A DNA stretch of 63,599 nucleotides, the filler included, from Octopus bimaculoides (lineage: Eukaryota), in the NCBI RefSeq assembly GCF_001194135.2. It is 5 parts of 4 records of this genome, joined end to end, with 100 filler letters (N's around TTAATTAATTAA, not from the genome) between each part and the next. Parts side by side here need not be neighbours in the genome. Positions count along the whole stretch, not along the records: positions 1 to 19,622 come from NC_068991.1; 4 more parts are not named here. One strand, given 5' to 3'. Position 1 is the first letter of the stretch, and each line of letters begins with the position of its first letter. This document shows positions 1 through 12,329 of this stretch, in pieces. Below the pieces are notes generated by a model. It made no database searches. It saw only the letters and a list, made by a program, of their open reading frames with translations, and had not been told where the DNA came from. A program made the translations under genes and the position numbers.

Positions 1-45
1 TATGTATGTATGTATGTATGTATGTATGTATGTATGTATGTATAT

Positions 46-344
46 AAGAAATTTAAAAAAGGAAAATACACACACTTTACATAGTTTTAATATAATTTTT
101 GATATATCGACCGGTTTCGCTTTCGCTATTCATGATATTATGGTTTACTTATTTGAATATGTATTTTCTTAAGAAGAAATTTTTGTTCATGTTGTGTGTG
201 AGATATTTACGAGTTAATGGCTTCACAAGTAGAAGAATAAGGGGAGGTAATTGGTTATCGTTATAATTGTTGTTGTTGTTGTTGTTGTTGGCAAGGGAGA
301 TAGCTGTTCAGTTTTCGGTAAAAGGAGGGTAATATATATTGTGT

Positions 345-397
<53 letters not shown>

Positions 398-913
398 AAA
401 GGTGATATAATCGTGAATTGAAATATGTAAAAAGATAAAAGTATTTATGCGTGCATATTAAAACGTGTTCTGCATTTTTCAATGAAAAAAGTTTTTTTTA
501 TTTAAACGTTCTTGTGGAGAGATTGTGTCTTTGCACTGGTAGAAGGGGAAGACTGTGAAATTTGGTCTGATGTTATCTGCACATTTGTCTATATGTTCAC
601 TGAGAGGAATTTGCCTGTACTGCGAGAAACGGATTTCCTCTTTATGTAGAGTGGTTCTCCTTCTCAAGGTCATACTCGTCTGTCCAATATAGTTATGTCT
701 GCAACCCGAGCAGACTATTACATAATTTAGGTTTTCAGAGGGACAAGTGAAGCTAGTTTTAATTGTGAACTTCTGTCCTTGTTTGAAAAGGAAATCCGAG
801 CCTTCAAGTAAGTTGGGGCAGGTTCCACAATTTGAGCGTCCACATTTTTTAACTGTTGGTTTCGTGGTTTTTTTGTAGAGCTTTGCATTTGTTAGTAGTC
901 TCTTTAGCGATTT
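46..913 (-). mobile_element. Penelope-like element 3' part (Neptune-type linker plus GIY-YIG endonuclease) with 3' pLTR region
   Basis: Minus frame 913 to 479 reads KSLKRLLTNAK...KKCGRSNCGTCP...FTCPSENLNYVIVCSGCRHNYIGQTSMTLRRRTTLH...EHIDKC, frameshifted near the end. The Cx4CxxC linker is Neptune-like. Confidence 0.9.
104..138 (-). ncRNA. Minimal hammerhead ribozyme motif with A3-U8 core variant
   Basis: AUAUC-AUGAAUA-GC(GAAA)GC-GAA-ACCGGU-C-GAUAU: 5-bp stem I, GNRA-capped stem II and palindromic stem III, downstream of the PLE endonuclease. Confidence 0.75.
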
Positions 914-975
914 GTGTTGCGGGAACCGGATTTGCTCTTTATGTAGAGTGGTTCTCCGTCTCTATGTCATACATA
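914..975 (-). mobile_element. Short second Neptune-type PLE fragment in tandem
   Basis: Reads MT*RRRTTLHKEQIRFPQH; near-identical to the 31-nt segment around 630-660. Confidence 0.7.
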
Positions 976-984
976 AGGACGCTA

Positions 985-1405
985 AACTGAAAAGAATTCT
1001 ACGTTACCTTAAAATAGTCAAAAGCAACAAACAACCCAAGTCACTAAAGAAAATACTAACAAATGCAAAATTACTCCTAACTACAACCAACGCAAAAATG
1101 AAAAAACGTAATCGCCCCAACTGTGAAACATGCACCAACCTTTTGGAAGGGTCAGAATACCATTTCAAACAAGGGTAACATTTTACAATCAAATCATATT
1201 TCACTTGTGCGTCCGAAAATCTAATTTATGTGATCAGATGCTCGGGCTGCCAGAAAGATTATGTCGGAATTACGGGAAATTCTATCCGTCGCCGCTGTAC
1301 AGTGCACTGTCAACAAATAGCTTCACCACAATATCGCTAGATATATCTCGGCGAACATATTGACGTATGTGCTGAATAATTGCAACCACAATTCTATATA
1401 TTCTA
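985..1405 (+). mobile_element. Decayed Neptune-type PLE GIY-YIG fragment in the opposite orientation
   Basis: KQPKSLKKILTNAK...NCETC...FTCASENLIYVIRCSGCQKDYVGITG...EHIDVC with in-frame stops. Confidence 0.85.
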
Positions 1406-1917
1406 TGTATTAGAATATCTGAGTTCAAATTCTGCCGAGGTAGACTATACTTTTCATCCTTTCGCGGTCGACAAAATAAGTACCAGTTGATTACTGGTGT
1501 CGATATAATCGACTTACCTCCTAATCCAAAATTTAATCTTGTGTAAAAATTTTAAACCATTATTAGAATATTTGTCAGCTTGATTTATTATTCTCCAGTA
1601 TACATAATGTTTTAAATAACGTGATTAATTTCTGAGGCTATTTCGCCAGAAAAATGATATTACTGATATTCTTTTAGGTTTATATATGAGTTCGAACTCA
1701 TTTATATAAACCTAAAAGAATATTCTTCATTTAGCCACATGCGCAGCAGCATGTTTCAAGTATATAGTCAACTGTTCATAAAAGAGCAACTATTGAATTT
1801 GTAAAAGAATAACTACATGATTTAATTTATATTCTTTTGCATTTTTATAAACTATTCCATTTGTATACAGCCTTAGTTATGACCTGCCTGAAAAAAGTCC
1901 ATTTCTTTTTCACGTAG

Positions 1918-1979
1918 ATCTCACGATTCTGGAGTCAGTGAAGACAACAACAGAAGCTCCTGAGCCTGACCTTTCGAAG
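1918..1979 (+). CDS. Candidate aGPCR ectodomain exon a (phase 1 to 0): xLTILESVKTTTEAPEPDLSK
   Basis: tttctttttcacgtag acceptor and AAG|gtaagt donor; only one of three frames is open; Thr/Pro-rich stalk-like peptide. Confidence 0.6.
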
Positions 1980-2009
1980 GTAAGTCGTTTTTTTAGTATC
2001 TCTCACTAG

Positions 2010-3000
2010 CCCGCTCTTTCTAGATTTCCTTTTTAATTTCGAACATCTATAAGAAGTTTATGGATATCTTACAAAAAAATTTCGACCCTAACCATAGATA
2101 TTATAAAATCTTTTCTCAACACACAATCCGTATCTCATACTCTACTCTCCACAATATAGGATCTATCATCAATAAGTTGAATAAAAAGAACATAGAATTG
2201 GCTAGGACCCTTGAAAATAAAAATTGTCTTATTATTGATAGCAATACAAATAACTACCAGACAATTAATAATACCAATGCAACCAATAATCATGTACATG
2301 TTAATGAACATAATAATACTGCAACTGTTAACATAGTTGATGAGATAAATCTTCCTAGCTCAAACAATATCAATTGCATATCCAGTAATACAACCAACAA
2401 TTTTGATATAATCAATTTAGATAATTGTATTAACAATCAACATAATAATATATATATATAGCTAACAATCCCCTTGATTGCAATTGTAGAATTAAGGCCC
2501 GCTGCCCGGTATCTGGCCGTTGTTTAGCCCGTAGCGTGGTCTATAAATGTACAGTAACTACTCCAACTAATAATTACATTTATGTTGGTTGTACAATCAA
2601 TCTTAAACAGCGATTATACAATCATTTTTCCTCGTTTAGACTTAAACATAAGGCCAATAGCACATCATTATCTAATAAAATTTGGGAATTGAAGGAAAAT
2701 GGTATCGATTTTAACCTTAAATGGGAAATCATTAGGAGGGCTCAACCCTATAGAAATAGTAGATACGGCTGTGGACTGTGCTCTATGGAAATTTATGAAA
2801 TTTTTAAACTTAAGGATAATCCTAATCTAATTAAGAATAGATCTGACCTTAGGGTTCTATGTGTACATTGTTACTCTCGCACCTTTAAATATTTTAAAAA
2901 GTAAATCTTGCTAATAATATATTATTTTAATCCCTTTCGTTTCCCAGACTATTAACTACTTTATTTAAGTTATAGCTTTAAAGTATAATTTTGGAATACA
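2010..3000 (+). mobile_element. 5'-truncated Naiad-type Penelope-like element (RT thumb, linker, GIY-YIG)
   Basis: KIFSQHTIRISYS, then CNCRIKARCPVSGRC (CxCx5Cx5C), VVYKC...YVGCT...H.SSF and CGLC..E...CVH. The ORF is broken only at the (TA)n at 2449-2460. Confidence 0.9.
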
Positions 3001-4436
3001 TTTTAACCTTTCCCAACCCACTGATAATATTCCTATATTTCTCTAGCTAATTCTAAGTCTCTTCTACTATATTATCAATTCTGAAACCATAGCTTTAATA
3101 CTCTTAGTTTAGTTCTGATTTTCTAACTTTATTCCTCCCCTTTTTTCCTTCTCCTTCTTCTTCTCCCCCCCCCCTTTCACTTTGATTTGTTTTGGTCATT
3201 GATATCTTCTCTTCTTATGATTTTCTTATAAATAATATCTCTCTTCTACTACCCCACATAAATGTATATCTTATTTTAACTATAAATGTTTGTCTTATTC
3301 TAATTTAACTACTAATGTTCTCTAATGTTTTAAATTTAGTACTTTAGTTTGTTGTATTATTCTAGATATACAGACGAATAGATATATTCTTAATAATTCT
3401 CCAATATCTTGACCTAAATTCTCTTACCTTAAATTTCCTATAGCCACTCCTTAGGGTATTGTCCTTCCATTTTCATTTTTATTTCTATATATATTTTTTT
3501 CCTTTTTTCTTCTCTCTTTTTTTTCTCTTGCTTGATCCACCCCTAACCTGCTTCCCTTACTACCTAAATTGAAATTACTGCTATCTTACCCCTCCTTCTA
3601 GAAAGAAGAACAAATAGAATATATAGAAATTAAATTCCTGTTTGATTCACTAGACTGTTGATTAACAGCCCAGTCAAGATGGTATTTTCTTCATCTCCTA
3701 CTCTTGTATTTGCACACATTTACAAAATGACTTTCTGAAATGAACTTCCATTATGCAGCTGAGGAGTACATTTTCATTGCACANNNNNNNNNNNNNNNNN
3801 NNNNNNNNNNNNNNNNNNNNNNNNNTTGCATTTCTAAATCTCTTAGAGAGACTTAGCAGCACGATAAAATGATGGTTTGTGGCAGTCCCAGGAAAGGGAA
3901 GAATGCTACTGTTATTTAGCCCCAGGAAACATCGTTTCTAGTTGGTTATGTGATACAAGCGTTCTGCGCTCTTAAGTTTTCAAACAGGGGAGATAAGCAC
4001 TGTCACTCAACAAAGCCAGTACCCAGAGATTACTTTCAGAGTCATTGCTCTTCATCAATCTGGAGTAGCTTGGCTTGCTAGCAGTCGATGCTTATTCGCC
4101 TTTGAAAACCTATAGAATTTCAAGTGAAATAAATTCACTGATCAACAAAATTAGAAATATTGCATTTCTAAATCTCTTAGAGAGACTTAGCAGCACGATA
4201 AAATGATGGTTTGTGGCAGTCCCAGGAAAGGAAAGAATGCTACTGCTATTTAGCCCCAGGAAATGTTAATAATCGCGTACACACACAACTATGCATCCAG
4301 ACATGCTCATACATACATACATACATACATACATACACATGCATACACACACAGACACTCATACACACGCTGCTTCTCCTGCTTACACACACACGCGGGC
4401 ACGCATGCACACACATAAACAGTTACACATACATGC

Positions 4437-4468
<32 letters not shown>

Positions 4469-5811
4469 ATACATGCAGATATACATATATACTTGTATAT
4501 GTGTGGGCGTATATATATATATATATATATNNNNNNNNNNNNNNNNNNNNNNNNNNNNNNNNNNNNNNNNNNNNNNNNNNNNNNNNNNNNNNNNNNNNNN
4601 NNNNNNNNNNNNNNNNNNNNNNNNNNNNNNNNNNNNNNNNNNNNNNNNNNNNNNNNNNNNNNNNNNNNNNNNNNNNNNNNNNNNNNNNNNNNNNNNNNNN
4701 NNNNNNNNNNNNNNNNNNNNNNNNNNNNNNNNNNNNNNNNNNNNNNNNNNNNNNNNNNNNNNNNNNNNNNNNNNNNNNNNNNNNNNNNNNNNNNNNNNNN
4801 NNNNNNNNNNNNNNNNNNNNNNNNNNNNNNNNNNNNNNNNNNNNNNNNNNNNNNNNNNNNNNNNNNNNNNNNNNNNNNNNNNNNNNNNNNNNNNNNNNNN
4901 NNNNNNNNNNNNNNNNNNNNNNNNNNNNNNNNNNNNNNNNNNNNNNNNNNNNNNNNNNNNNNNNNNNNNNNNNNNNNNNNNNNNNNNNNNNNNNNNNNNN
5001 NNNNNNNNNNNNNNNNNNNNNNNNNNNNNNNNNNNNNNNNNNNNNNNNNNNNNNNNNNNNNNNNNNNNNNNNNNNNNNNNNNNNNNNNNNNNNNNNNNNN
5101 NNNNNNNNNNNNNNNNNNNNNNNNNNNNNNNNNNNNNNNNNNNNNNNNNNNNNNNNNNNNNNNNNNNNCAAGCTCGATGAGGAGTGTGTTGTGGGCGCTC
5201 TACAGGACATTGTATTTTAACAACACTTATACTCAATGTTTACAAAGTAAGCCGTACTTTCTCATTTACCACGAGACGCAGTGAGCCCCACAGAATGCTT
5301 TCTCTCCTGACACTGCAGATGAAAATAAAACAATAAAAACTGAGACTCCCCAGTGGTATCTTGTCCACTAGGCCAGATGCAATCCTTTACTGTCCCAGTA
5401 GCCTATAAAAATGTCTCTAGACAACTTGTGGATTAAGTGAAAATCGTTTAAATAAGTTTTCTGTTCTTTGGTTGAACAAATCATTGTAATAAGTCAATCA
5501 ACAAGATTCATATTAACCACTTTTTGCATGATTTGTACTTGATTTTAATGTCATTGTTAGAAGCGTCGGATGGGAGCTCGAAGAAGTACTGTTCAAGTTA
5601 GGATAAATGCGCTGAAAATTAGAGAATGGGGATTGTAGAATAATTGTACGGGATGATAATAGCTAATCCCATTAAAATAACTGGAGTGTATTTATTTAAA
5701 TGGGTTAAATAAATAGCTGCTGAAGTCCGACTAAGAATCGTATGATTTAATAGATAGCAGTCAGTTTAAGAATAGTTAGAAAATAATGTTCTTATCATCA
5801 ATTAGTTTCAG

Positions 5812-5897
5812 GCCAGTTTTGATAGAATAGACCAAGGGTCAGGGACATTCTATGAACATGCAGCCTTTTCTGTAAACTTACCTTGTTCTGCAGTTTG
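5812..5897 (+). CDS. Candidate aGPCR ectodomain exon b (phase 0 to 2): ASFDRIDQGSGTFYEHAAFSVNLPCSAV
   Basis: tagtttcag acceptor and TTG|gtaggc donor. Its phases bridge exon a (phase 0) and the 27819 exon (phase 2), giving ...LPCSAVCLENNIE... Confidence 0.5.
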
Positions 5898-6869
5898 GTA
5901 GGCATGATAAGTGGAAAGAGAAACAGAGTTTACAAGTTTTAGCATAATTTTGTAAACGCTCTTCCCAAAGATAGAGTACTATAGAGGCAACGATCTCATG
6001 TTAGTGCGCATTCTACCGGAGGCAGAGATAGCAGGAATTGATTGATTGATTGATTGATTTACCTTTTCAACATCATCTACTGTGTGCTTCATTTTTCAAG
6101 AGCCTAAGGGTGTAGTTTAAGTGAAATTTAGCTACTGTTTGTGGCAGGCCATGTGATCCCATAGAACTTATCTTGGCACTTCAAATTTTTAGCTAAGGAC
6201 ATAATCGATTGAATCGAACTTAGATATGACTGTTACTTGTTTTACTCAACCCGAAAGATGACAGGAAGCATCAATACCTGAGTTTTAAACCCATAATTAA
6301 ATATATAATGTAGATGGGTATATAATATTTGATAATATACTAAGAAATTAAATGAAATACAATTAGATTTAGTTTAACAAATATTGTAAGTTTGCCATGA
6401 GTAGGCTAAATGGGAAATACGTGAATTATTCAAGGCTGACTTAAATAGAGAAACTAATATATAATTGATCCAGAAACAGACATATTTTATGCAGTTGTTT
6501 AAGACATGGAATTATTTCAGAAAATAACCGAAAGATAATTTTTTTACCTCCTTTATTATTATTTTTTTTTTCGAATGAAGAGGACTAGTACATATAATTT
6601 GCATTGGAAATTGGTTGTTCTCAATAAAACAATATTTTTCCACTCAGCATCTTAATGATAGTCATTTCTAACATTGTACAAGCCCAAAATTTAGAAAATG
6701 GTTCAGTTAATTAAACTGACACTAGTGCGTGACTGGTATTTTATTTCATCGAGCCATGGAAAGATGAAAAGTGAAGTTGACTGCGGCTAGATTTCAAGTA
6801 AGAAAGTAAAGAACCGCAACAGATATCGCATGTCATTTAATGATAATAAAAGTGATTTCTAGCATACAT

Positions 6870-7120
6870 CAGTGATTCTCAACCATATTTCGTCTAAGGA
6901 CCCCTTTGATTTCTATTTTACTCTTCTGGAACCTCGTAACCATTCGATGTTTAAAAAAAATCCTGTTACGTTCTTATAATTAAATGTTAATAGGAATTGT
7001 ATAGAACAGTAAATATTTTGTGTATTGTAGCAATATGACCAATTTATTGCGCATAAATTTTCACGACAAAATCTTATATGGATCCCCAAGGGTCATATGG
7101 ACCCCGGTTGAGAACCATTG
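6870..7120. mobile_element. hAT-type MITE (family B)
   Basis: TIRs cagtgattctcaacc / ggttgagaaccattg; imperfect 8-bp flanks gcatacat / acatatat. Confidence 0.7.
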
Positions 7121-7930
7121 ACATATATGATCATAATTTGGCAGGAAGAAAACAGTCGATGAAATCGAACTAGTACTTGATTAGTAATTTATTCTATTGT
7201 TGCCACAAGGATGAAACTTGATATCTCTCTATCCTATCATGTCTACATATATGCACATATATACTCACATACATACACACATACATACATACATACATGC
7301 ATGCATGCATACATACATACATACATACATACATACATCAAATTCAGTTACATACAATTTGTCAGTGTGAGAGTATGTGTATCTTTCAAACCTTTGAGCA
7401 TATCTACACATGGGATTGTATAATATATAGAACAGGATTTAATTATTAGTTGAAAAATTTATGTTGACGTCTTCACTGGAATGTATTTGACATGATTTGA
7501 AAAACAGACTGGGCTTGATTTTGATTGAAGTTGCAGAGCCTGCTTATCATCTTTCATCTATTTCCGGAGCAAAAGATAACCACTCCAACTTCTGGGGTTT
7601 ACCCAACCAGACCTAGGTCGGTAGGTGTGTACTCTGACTGATGTCAGAATGTAACCGCTGATTTTATTGTATAGAGTCAGGTCAGCCTTGATTGAACAGA
7701 CTTACGGGAAAAGATTTCAAGACTTGATCATTCTCATAGTTTTGTTTTAAATATAACTATGTGGTAAACAACCTCGCTTTGCAGCAACGTGAATTAGGAT
7801 CCAACCCAGATGTGTAGACCTTGGGCAAGTATCTTTGCTATAGCTCCGGGGCAACCAATGGCTTGTGAGTGAATTTGGTCGATAGAATGCGTAAAGAAGC
7901 CCGTCACATTTATATATATATATATATATA

Positions 7931-8338
7931 CGAATGTGAGTCAAAAGTAATGCCATTTTGTTTAGGACAGGTATAATTACCAACACAGGAACATGTATCA
8001 TACATCTAAATGAAGCTGGTCCTCTGACCCGTAAAATTCTGTTGACTGTTCTTTGAGCCACTTCTTCACTACCTCCACACTCACCAGATTTAGTGCCTTC
8101 AGACTATCATCTCTTCGGCGCCATGAAAGAGGGTTTGAGAGGCAAACATTATTCCAGTGAAAACTGTAGTAAAAAAGTGGCTCAAAGAACAGTCAACAGA
8201 ATTTTACGGGGCAGGGATACATTCTCTCATTCGAAGGTGGAACATTGCTATTGAAAGAAACGGTGACTATGTTGAGAAGTAGGGATGTGATCCACAGAGG
8301 ACCATCTTCATTTTGATGTATGATACATGTTCTTGTGA
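7931..8338. mobile_element. Non-autonomous mariner derivative with an internal inversion
   Basis: Starts after (TA)n with a mariner-like TIR. Carries PHSPDLVPSDYHLFGAMKEGLRGK...KKWLKEQSTEFY...RWNIAIERNGDYVEK*. The left arm is the inverse of the right-end sequence. Confidence 0.85.
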
Positions 8339-11049
8339 GGAGCCTATTCACCCAATTTGCTAACTTTTCCGATAGCACGCAGGTGTCGATGAATGGTTGA
8401 ATGATCAAATCCGAGCTTCTCTTCTAGTCCTCAACAGTTACGATGGGATTTTGTTACACCAGGGTTTACAGTACGTCCTCACCGAGCTCTATAGATCTTC
8501 CAGGACGAAGCTCGTCTTCTAGGCTGTAGTTTCTGCCTCAGGATCACCATGCTCATCCCTCACATTGATGTTGTTACTTTCAATAAAAGATGTTCCAGTA
8601 ATATAATGTTTTTCACATTTTCTAACTGAGAAAAGTAATTTCAAAAAATTGAAAGTTTAATACTGTATACTCGTACACAGTTTCAAATGTAAAAAGTGTG
8701 TCGTCTTCAATAGAATTTCCTAATTTGTCGTACATGTATATTTTAGCTAACATTTTAATTGTCAGCATCAGTAGCCAGTACGCATTTAAGATATGGTACG
8801 GAAGGGTAGGGTATTAAGATATTTTAAATGAGGAGGGTGGTCGATGCGGAAGGAGAAGGGGGTCAGTAGTCGAAAAAGTTTGGTGAACCCAGATTTAAAC
8901 TGTAATAAACATACATTTAATTTCTTTTGGAAGTTGTTGATGCCTCTATCAAATCTTACTTTATTATGAGCTGATTTTTTCTCGATCTTATCTTGTGGGT
9001 TGGCTTTTAGTTGGCTTTGAAGTCGAACCTCTTGTCTGGGACACGTTACTAGAGCCTTTGTCGAAGAACTATGCATGCCATTTCATATTTCGCTCGTTTT
9101 CGGATTTCTTATGAGTGCTTAATACGGAGTTTTGTTTTGTTTTGTTTTTTAGAATAGTGTGATGTTTTGGGCCAATTAATAAGATTTCTTTCGCATTTTC
9201 GGTTATGGCATGTCATTCATTTATAGTGCTTTACCAGTTGGGGCATTGCATACGTTATTTATAGCGAACAGGGAAATAGCTATTCTATAGAATGTGTAGA
9301 GCATAAATATCTTTCTTAGACGGTACATTATGCAGCTGTACAAAGCTTCTTGATAGCTCGATATAGGCTTCTTGATTGCTCGGCATCGTTCATAAGAAAC
9401 TAAGAGATGCTTCAATCCAAAAAGGTGGCAAGTCTTTATTATTTCATTGTCTAAACGAATTACCCTCGAACACTAGTGGTAACAAGTAACCCAGTACAAC
9501 CTGTCACATGGTCGGATTATCGGTGACTAAACCGTTCACTTCACGAAGCTTGCTTGTGAGGAGCGTGATTTATTGAACATCCTGCAGGATGAAAAACAAA
9601 ACTCATCAAAGGGCGGAAGAATTCTAGAAATTCAATGTGTGAAGGCACATGGCCCAGTAGTTTGAGGCATTGCACTCACGATCGCAAGATCATGGTTTCG
9701 GTTTCAAGTCCGACTGTGATCTTGAACAAAACATTTCATTTCACGTTGCTGCAGTCCACTCAGATATAAATGGGTAACTGTGTGATGGTTTACTCAGGAA
9801 AAATCAGCCGAACGGAGGATTCGCGAGCCATGATTTGTATTCAGCGATAGAAAGGATGACTAGTAAAATCCACACTGGGAATTCCGGCTGGTTGGAACTG
9901 GTTGTTCTACCAAGTCAAAGAATGATTATATGGCAATTTTTCAAAAATTCAAAACTGAGTTATGTCAAAGCATATTTTTCAAGGGAGACAACTATACTTC
10001 ACTTAATAGAGAACATCATAATTTGGATTAAATTTTAACTTAAATTGTGAGTCGATTTACCACCGCACCGCATATATCGACAGTAGATTCAACCAGTCTA
10101 CAGTTAGAACTTGATTTTTAAGTGCAGATTAGTTCAGTCTACAACCGCTATATGGGTGATCGAAAAAATCGACATGCAGAAGTTAACCAAAATTCTAGCT
10201 AAATTATGATTTTCTCTAGTAAGTGAAGAAAGTTATCTCCCTTCAAAAAATCTAAATTATGGACATTTTTTCTAAAATAAATTTTCATATTTGTGAGAGA
10301 GGTAATGATGCACTGACGCCATTTTGGATTTGAACATAGTTTTCATTTCAGAATCAACAAGGTTCGCCGCATAAAGCAAGTTATCTTGAAACAGCAGCCA
10401 GTGTGTGGGGGTGGGGGTGCGTACGTGCGTGTATGTCTTTCCTATCACTATCAGCATGTCTAAGAGACAGTCATTTAGTGTTGCCGAAGTTAAATAAACA
10501 AGTTGATGCTTCTCTCTTGTTCTGCTCCATGTCACACACTCACGTGATGTGCAAAGAAAAGATCTGTTCATCAGAGCAAAAATAAGAAATGCTTTTTTTT
10601 TTTTTTGCCCAGAGCTCTCACTAAACAAAGAACATTTCTCTAAAAATTGCCTGTATTCTATATAATATACAGAAATTGAGAATTACAAGAAAATGTATAA
10701 ACTGAAACGTTAAGATATTTTCTGAAGTCATACTGATAAATTATCAATAAATGCTACTCAGAAGTTTCACATATCATATTACTTATAAAAACTTATCTTT
10801 ATACATGTATCTGTATTGCAGTACAAAAAATATATAAGCTATGATTCCATTTTTTAAAAATACATAGAAACTTGTTACATGAGTTATCATTTCAGTTTAA
10901 TAAAATATGTTTCTACATATAGGAAGCCCGGACAACCCAAAACACTTCTGCTAGTGTGTGGTGGGGTACACACGCAAACACACGTAAACACACTCATACA
11001 TACATACATACGTACATATATACATACATACATACATACATACATACAT

Positions 11050-11957
11050 ACACTAATATCGACATGAATTGGAGCTTTCCTTGGACTTGTGAGAGCTGCA
11101 TTACATCACACTCGAAGGCTAAGCATTTGCAACCCCAAAGTAAGAAATTGCTAAAAAATACTTTATAAACAAAAGAAAGAGTGAACTCCTACAAGCCTCA
11201 ACAGAAAATGTCAATTATGTCACATTTCTGTGGAAGACAGCACACGTAATATGCAGTTGCCCCAAAATGTCATCAATGTACAACCTCCGAATGCGACACG
11301 ACGCTGTCGCTAAAACAATACTCTGTACCATCAGAAAAAATGACTTTTCCAGGATGAATATAGAAAATCTCTGTTATTGAATAGATGCGTAAACATCAAC
11401 ACAAGGAATATTGGTGGAATATTTCTATCAAGACTTCAACAAAATCCAAACATGACAGGCTGGATATCGTTGTTTTGAACAAACAATAAAAAGCATGTAC
11501 TGTCATAGAGGGGTATGTTGCCTTTCTAATGAAAATATATGTTCGAAAATCAAAGAGAGAGAGGATAACTATGGATAACTGCTTCGAAACCTTCAACTTC
11601 TATAGCCAGATTATAAATTCAAATTCATACGAATAACAATTGTTGTTTTGTGAGTAAATAGCTTGGTGGCAATCTGAAAAGCGATGGGCTTCAGAAAAAG
11701 AAATAAGCCAGCTAATTGGCACATTACAAATTCAATATGTAAGCGAAAAATAGATGGAATTGTATTACCAATAAGGAGGGGAAATATCCTGATTAAAAAT
11801 ATCTACTAACACAACTAAGACTGTGTTTCTTTCCTATCTTGAAATGCGACATGACTTCTTTCCAAACTTATAGTAAGGAATTTGACTGATACTAGTCAAA
11901 TATGAAATTAGTATTTGGTATAAAAATAACGAGAAAGAAATATCCACATATTTAGCT
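11050..11957 (+). mobile_element. Decayed R4/Dong-clade (restriction-like endonuclease) LINE 3' part
   Basis: EIAKKYFINKR, HVICSCPKMSSMY...RHDAVAK (zinc-knuckle region) and EYWWNISIKT...HDRLDIVV...CTVIE (PD-D/E nuclease region), with stops and frameshifts. Confidence 0.8.
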
Positions 11958-12125
11958 ACATACATACATACAGACAGACAGATAGATAGATTTATTTATG
12001 TACGTATGTATGCATGCATGTATGTATGTATATCAAACAGATTTATACAAGGAAATCGAACTTATTGATATAATAGACTAAAATTGTGAGTTCAATAATC
12101 TCTTTATTGCCCACAAGGGGTTAAA

Positions 12126-12329
12126 CATAGAGAGGACAAACAAGGATAAACAAAGGGATTAAGTCGATTACATCAACCCCAGTGCGTAACTAGTACTTAT
12201 TTAATCGACCAGAAAGGATGAAGGGCAAAGTCGACCTCGGCTGAATTTGAACTCAGAACGTCGAAGCAGACGAAATACCGTTAAACATTTCGCCCAGCGT
12301 GCTAACGATTCTCCCAGCTCGTCGCCTTT
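12126..12329 (-). mobile_element. tRNA-derived SINE family S1, full-length copy
   Basis: ggcgagctgg...gagttcaaattc (B-box-like)...taagtaccagtt body. Other copies near 1418-1535, 24688-24905, 28032-28210, 28725-28925, 37935-38025, 43868-43990, 50560-50682 and 55255-55465. Confidence 0.85.

Noticed and set aside
3755-3783. CUGAGGA followed by a possible stem II, downstream of the Naiad element
   Set aside because: The base after the stem is A rather than G12 and the rest falls in a gap, so it cannot be evaluated.
3826-4263. ~104-bp direct repeat with a 334-nt period
   Set aside because: The first copy abuts a gap and differs at only two positions, so haplotype or overlap duplication is as likely as a real tandem.
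4211-5284. Long ORF-track entries spanning N runs (also around 20208-21835, 38221-38985, 41880-42698, 46832-47487, 59961-60911)
   Set aside because: They are open only because Ns contain no stop codons.
5169-5355. Two possible small exons separated by a 72-nt GT-AG interval
   Set aside because: The first is truncated by a gap, the second donor is weak and the peptides are unrecognisable. Not excluded as alternative exons.
9011-9115. SEA-like peptide GFEVEPLVWDTLLEPLSKNY after an AG
   Set aside because: It runs into TGA with no usable donor and has the wrong phase for the flanking exons.
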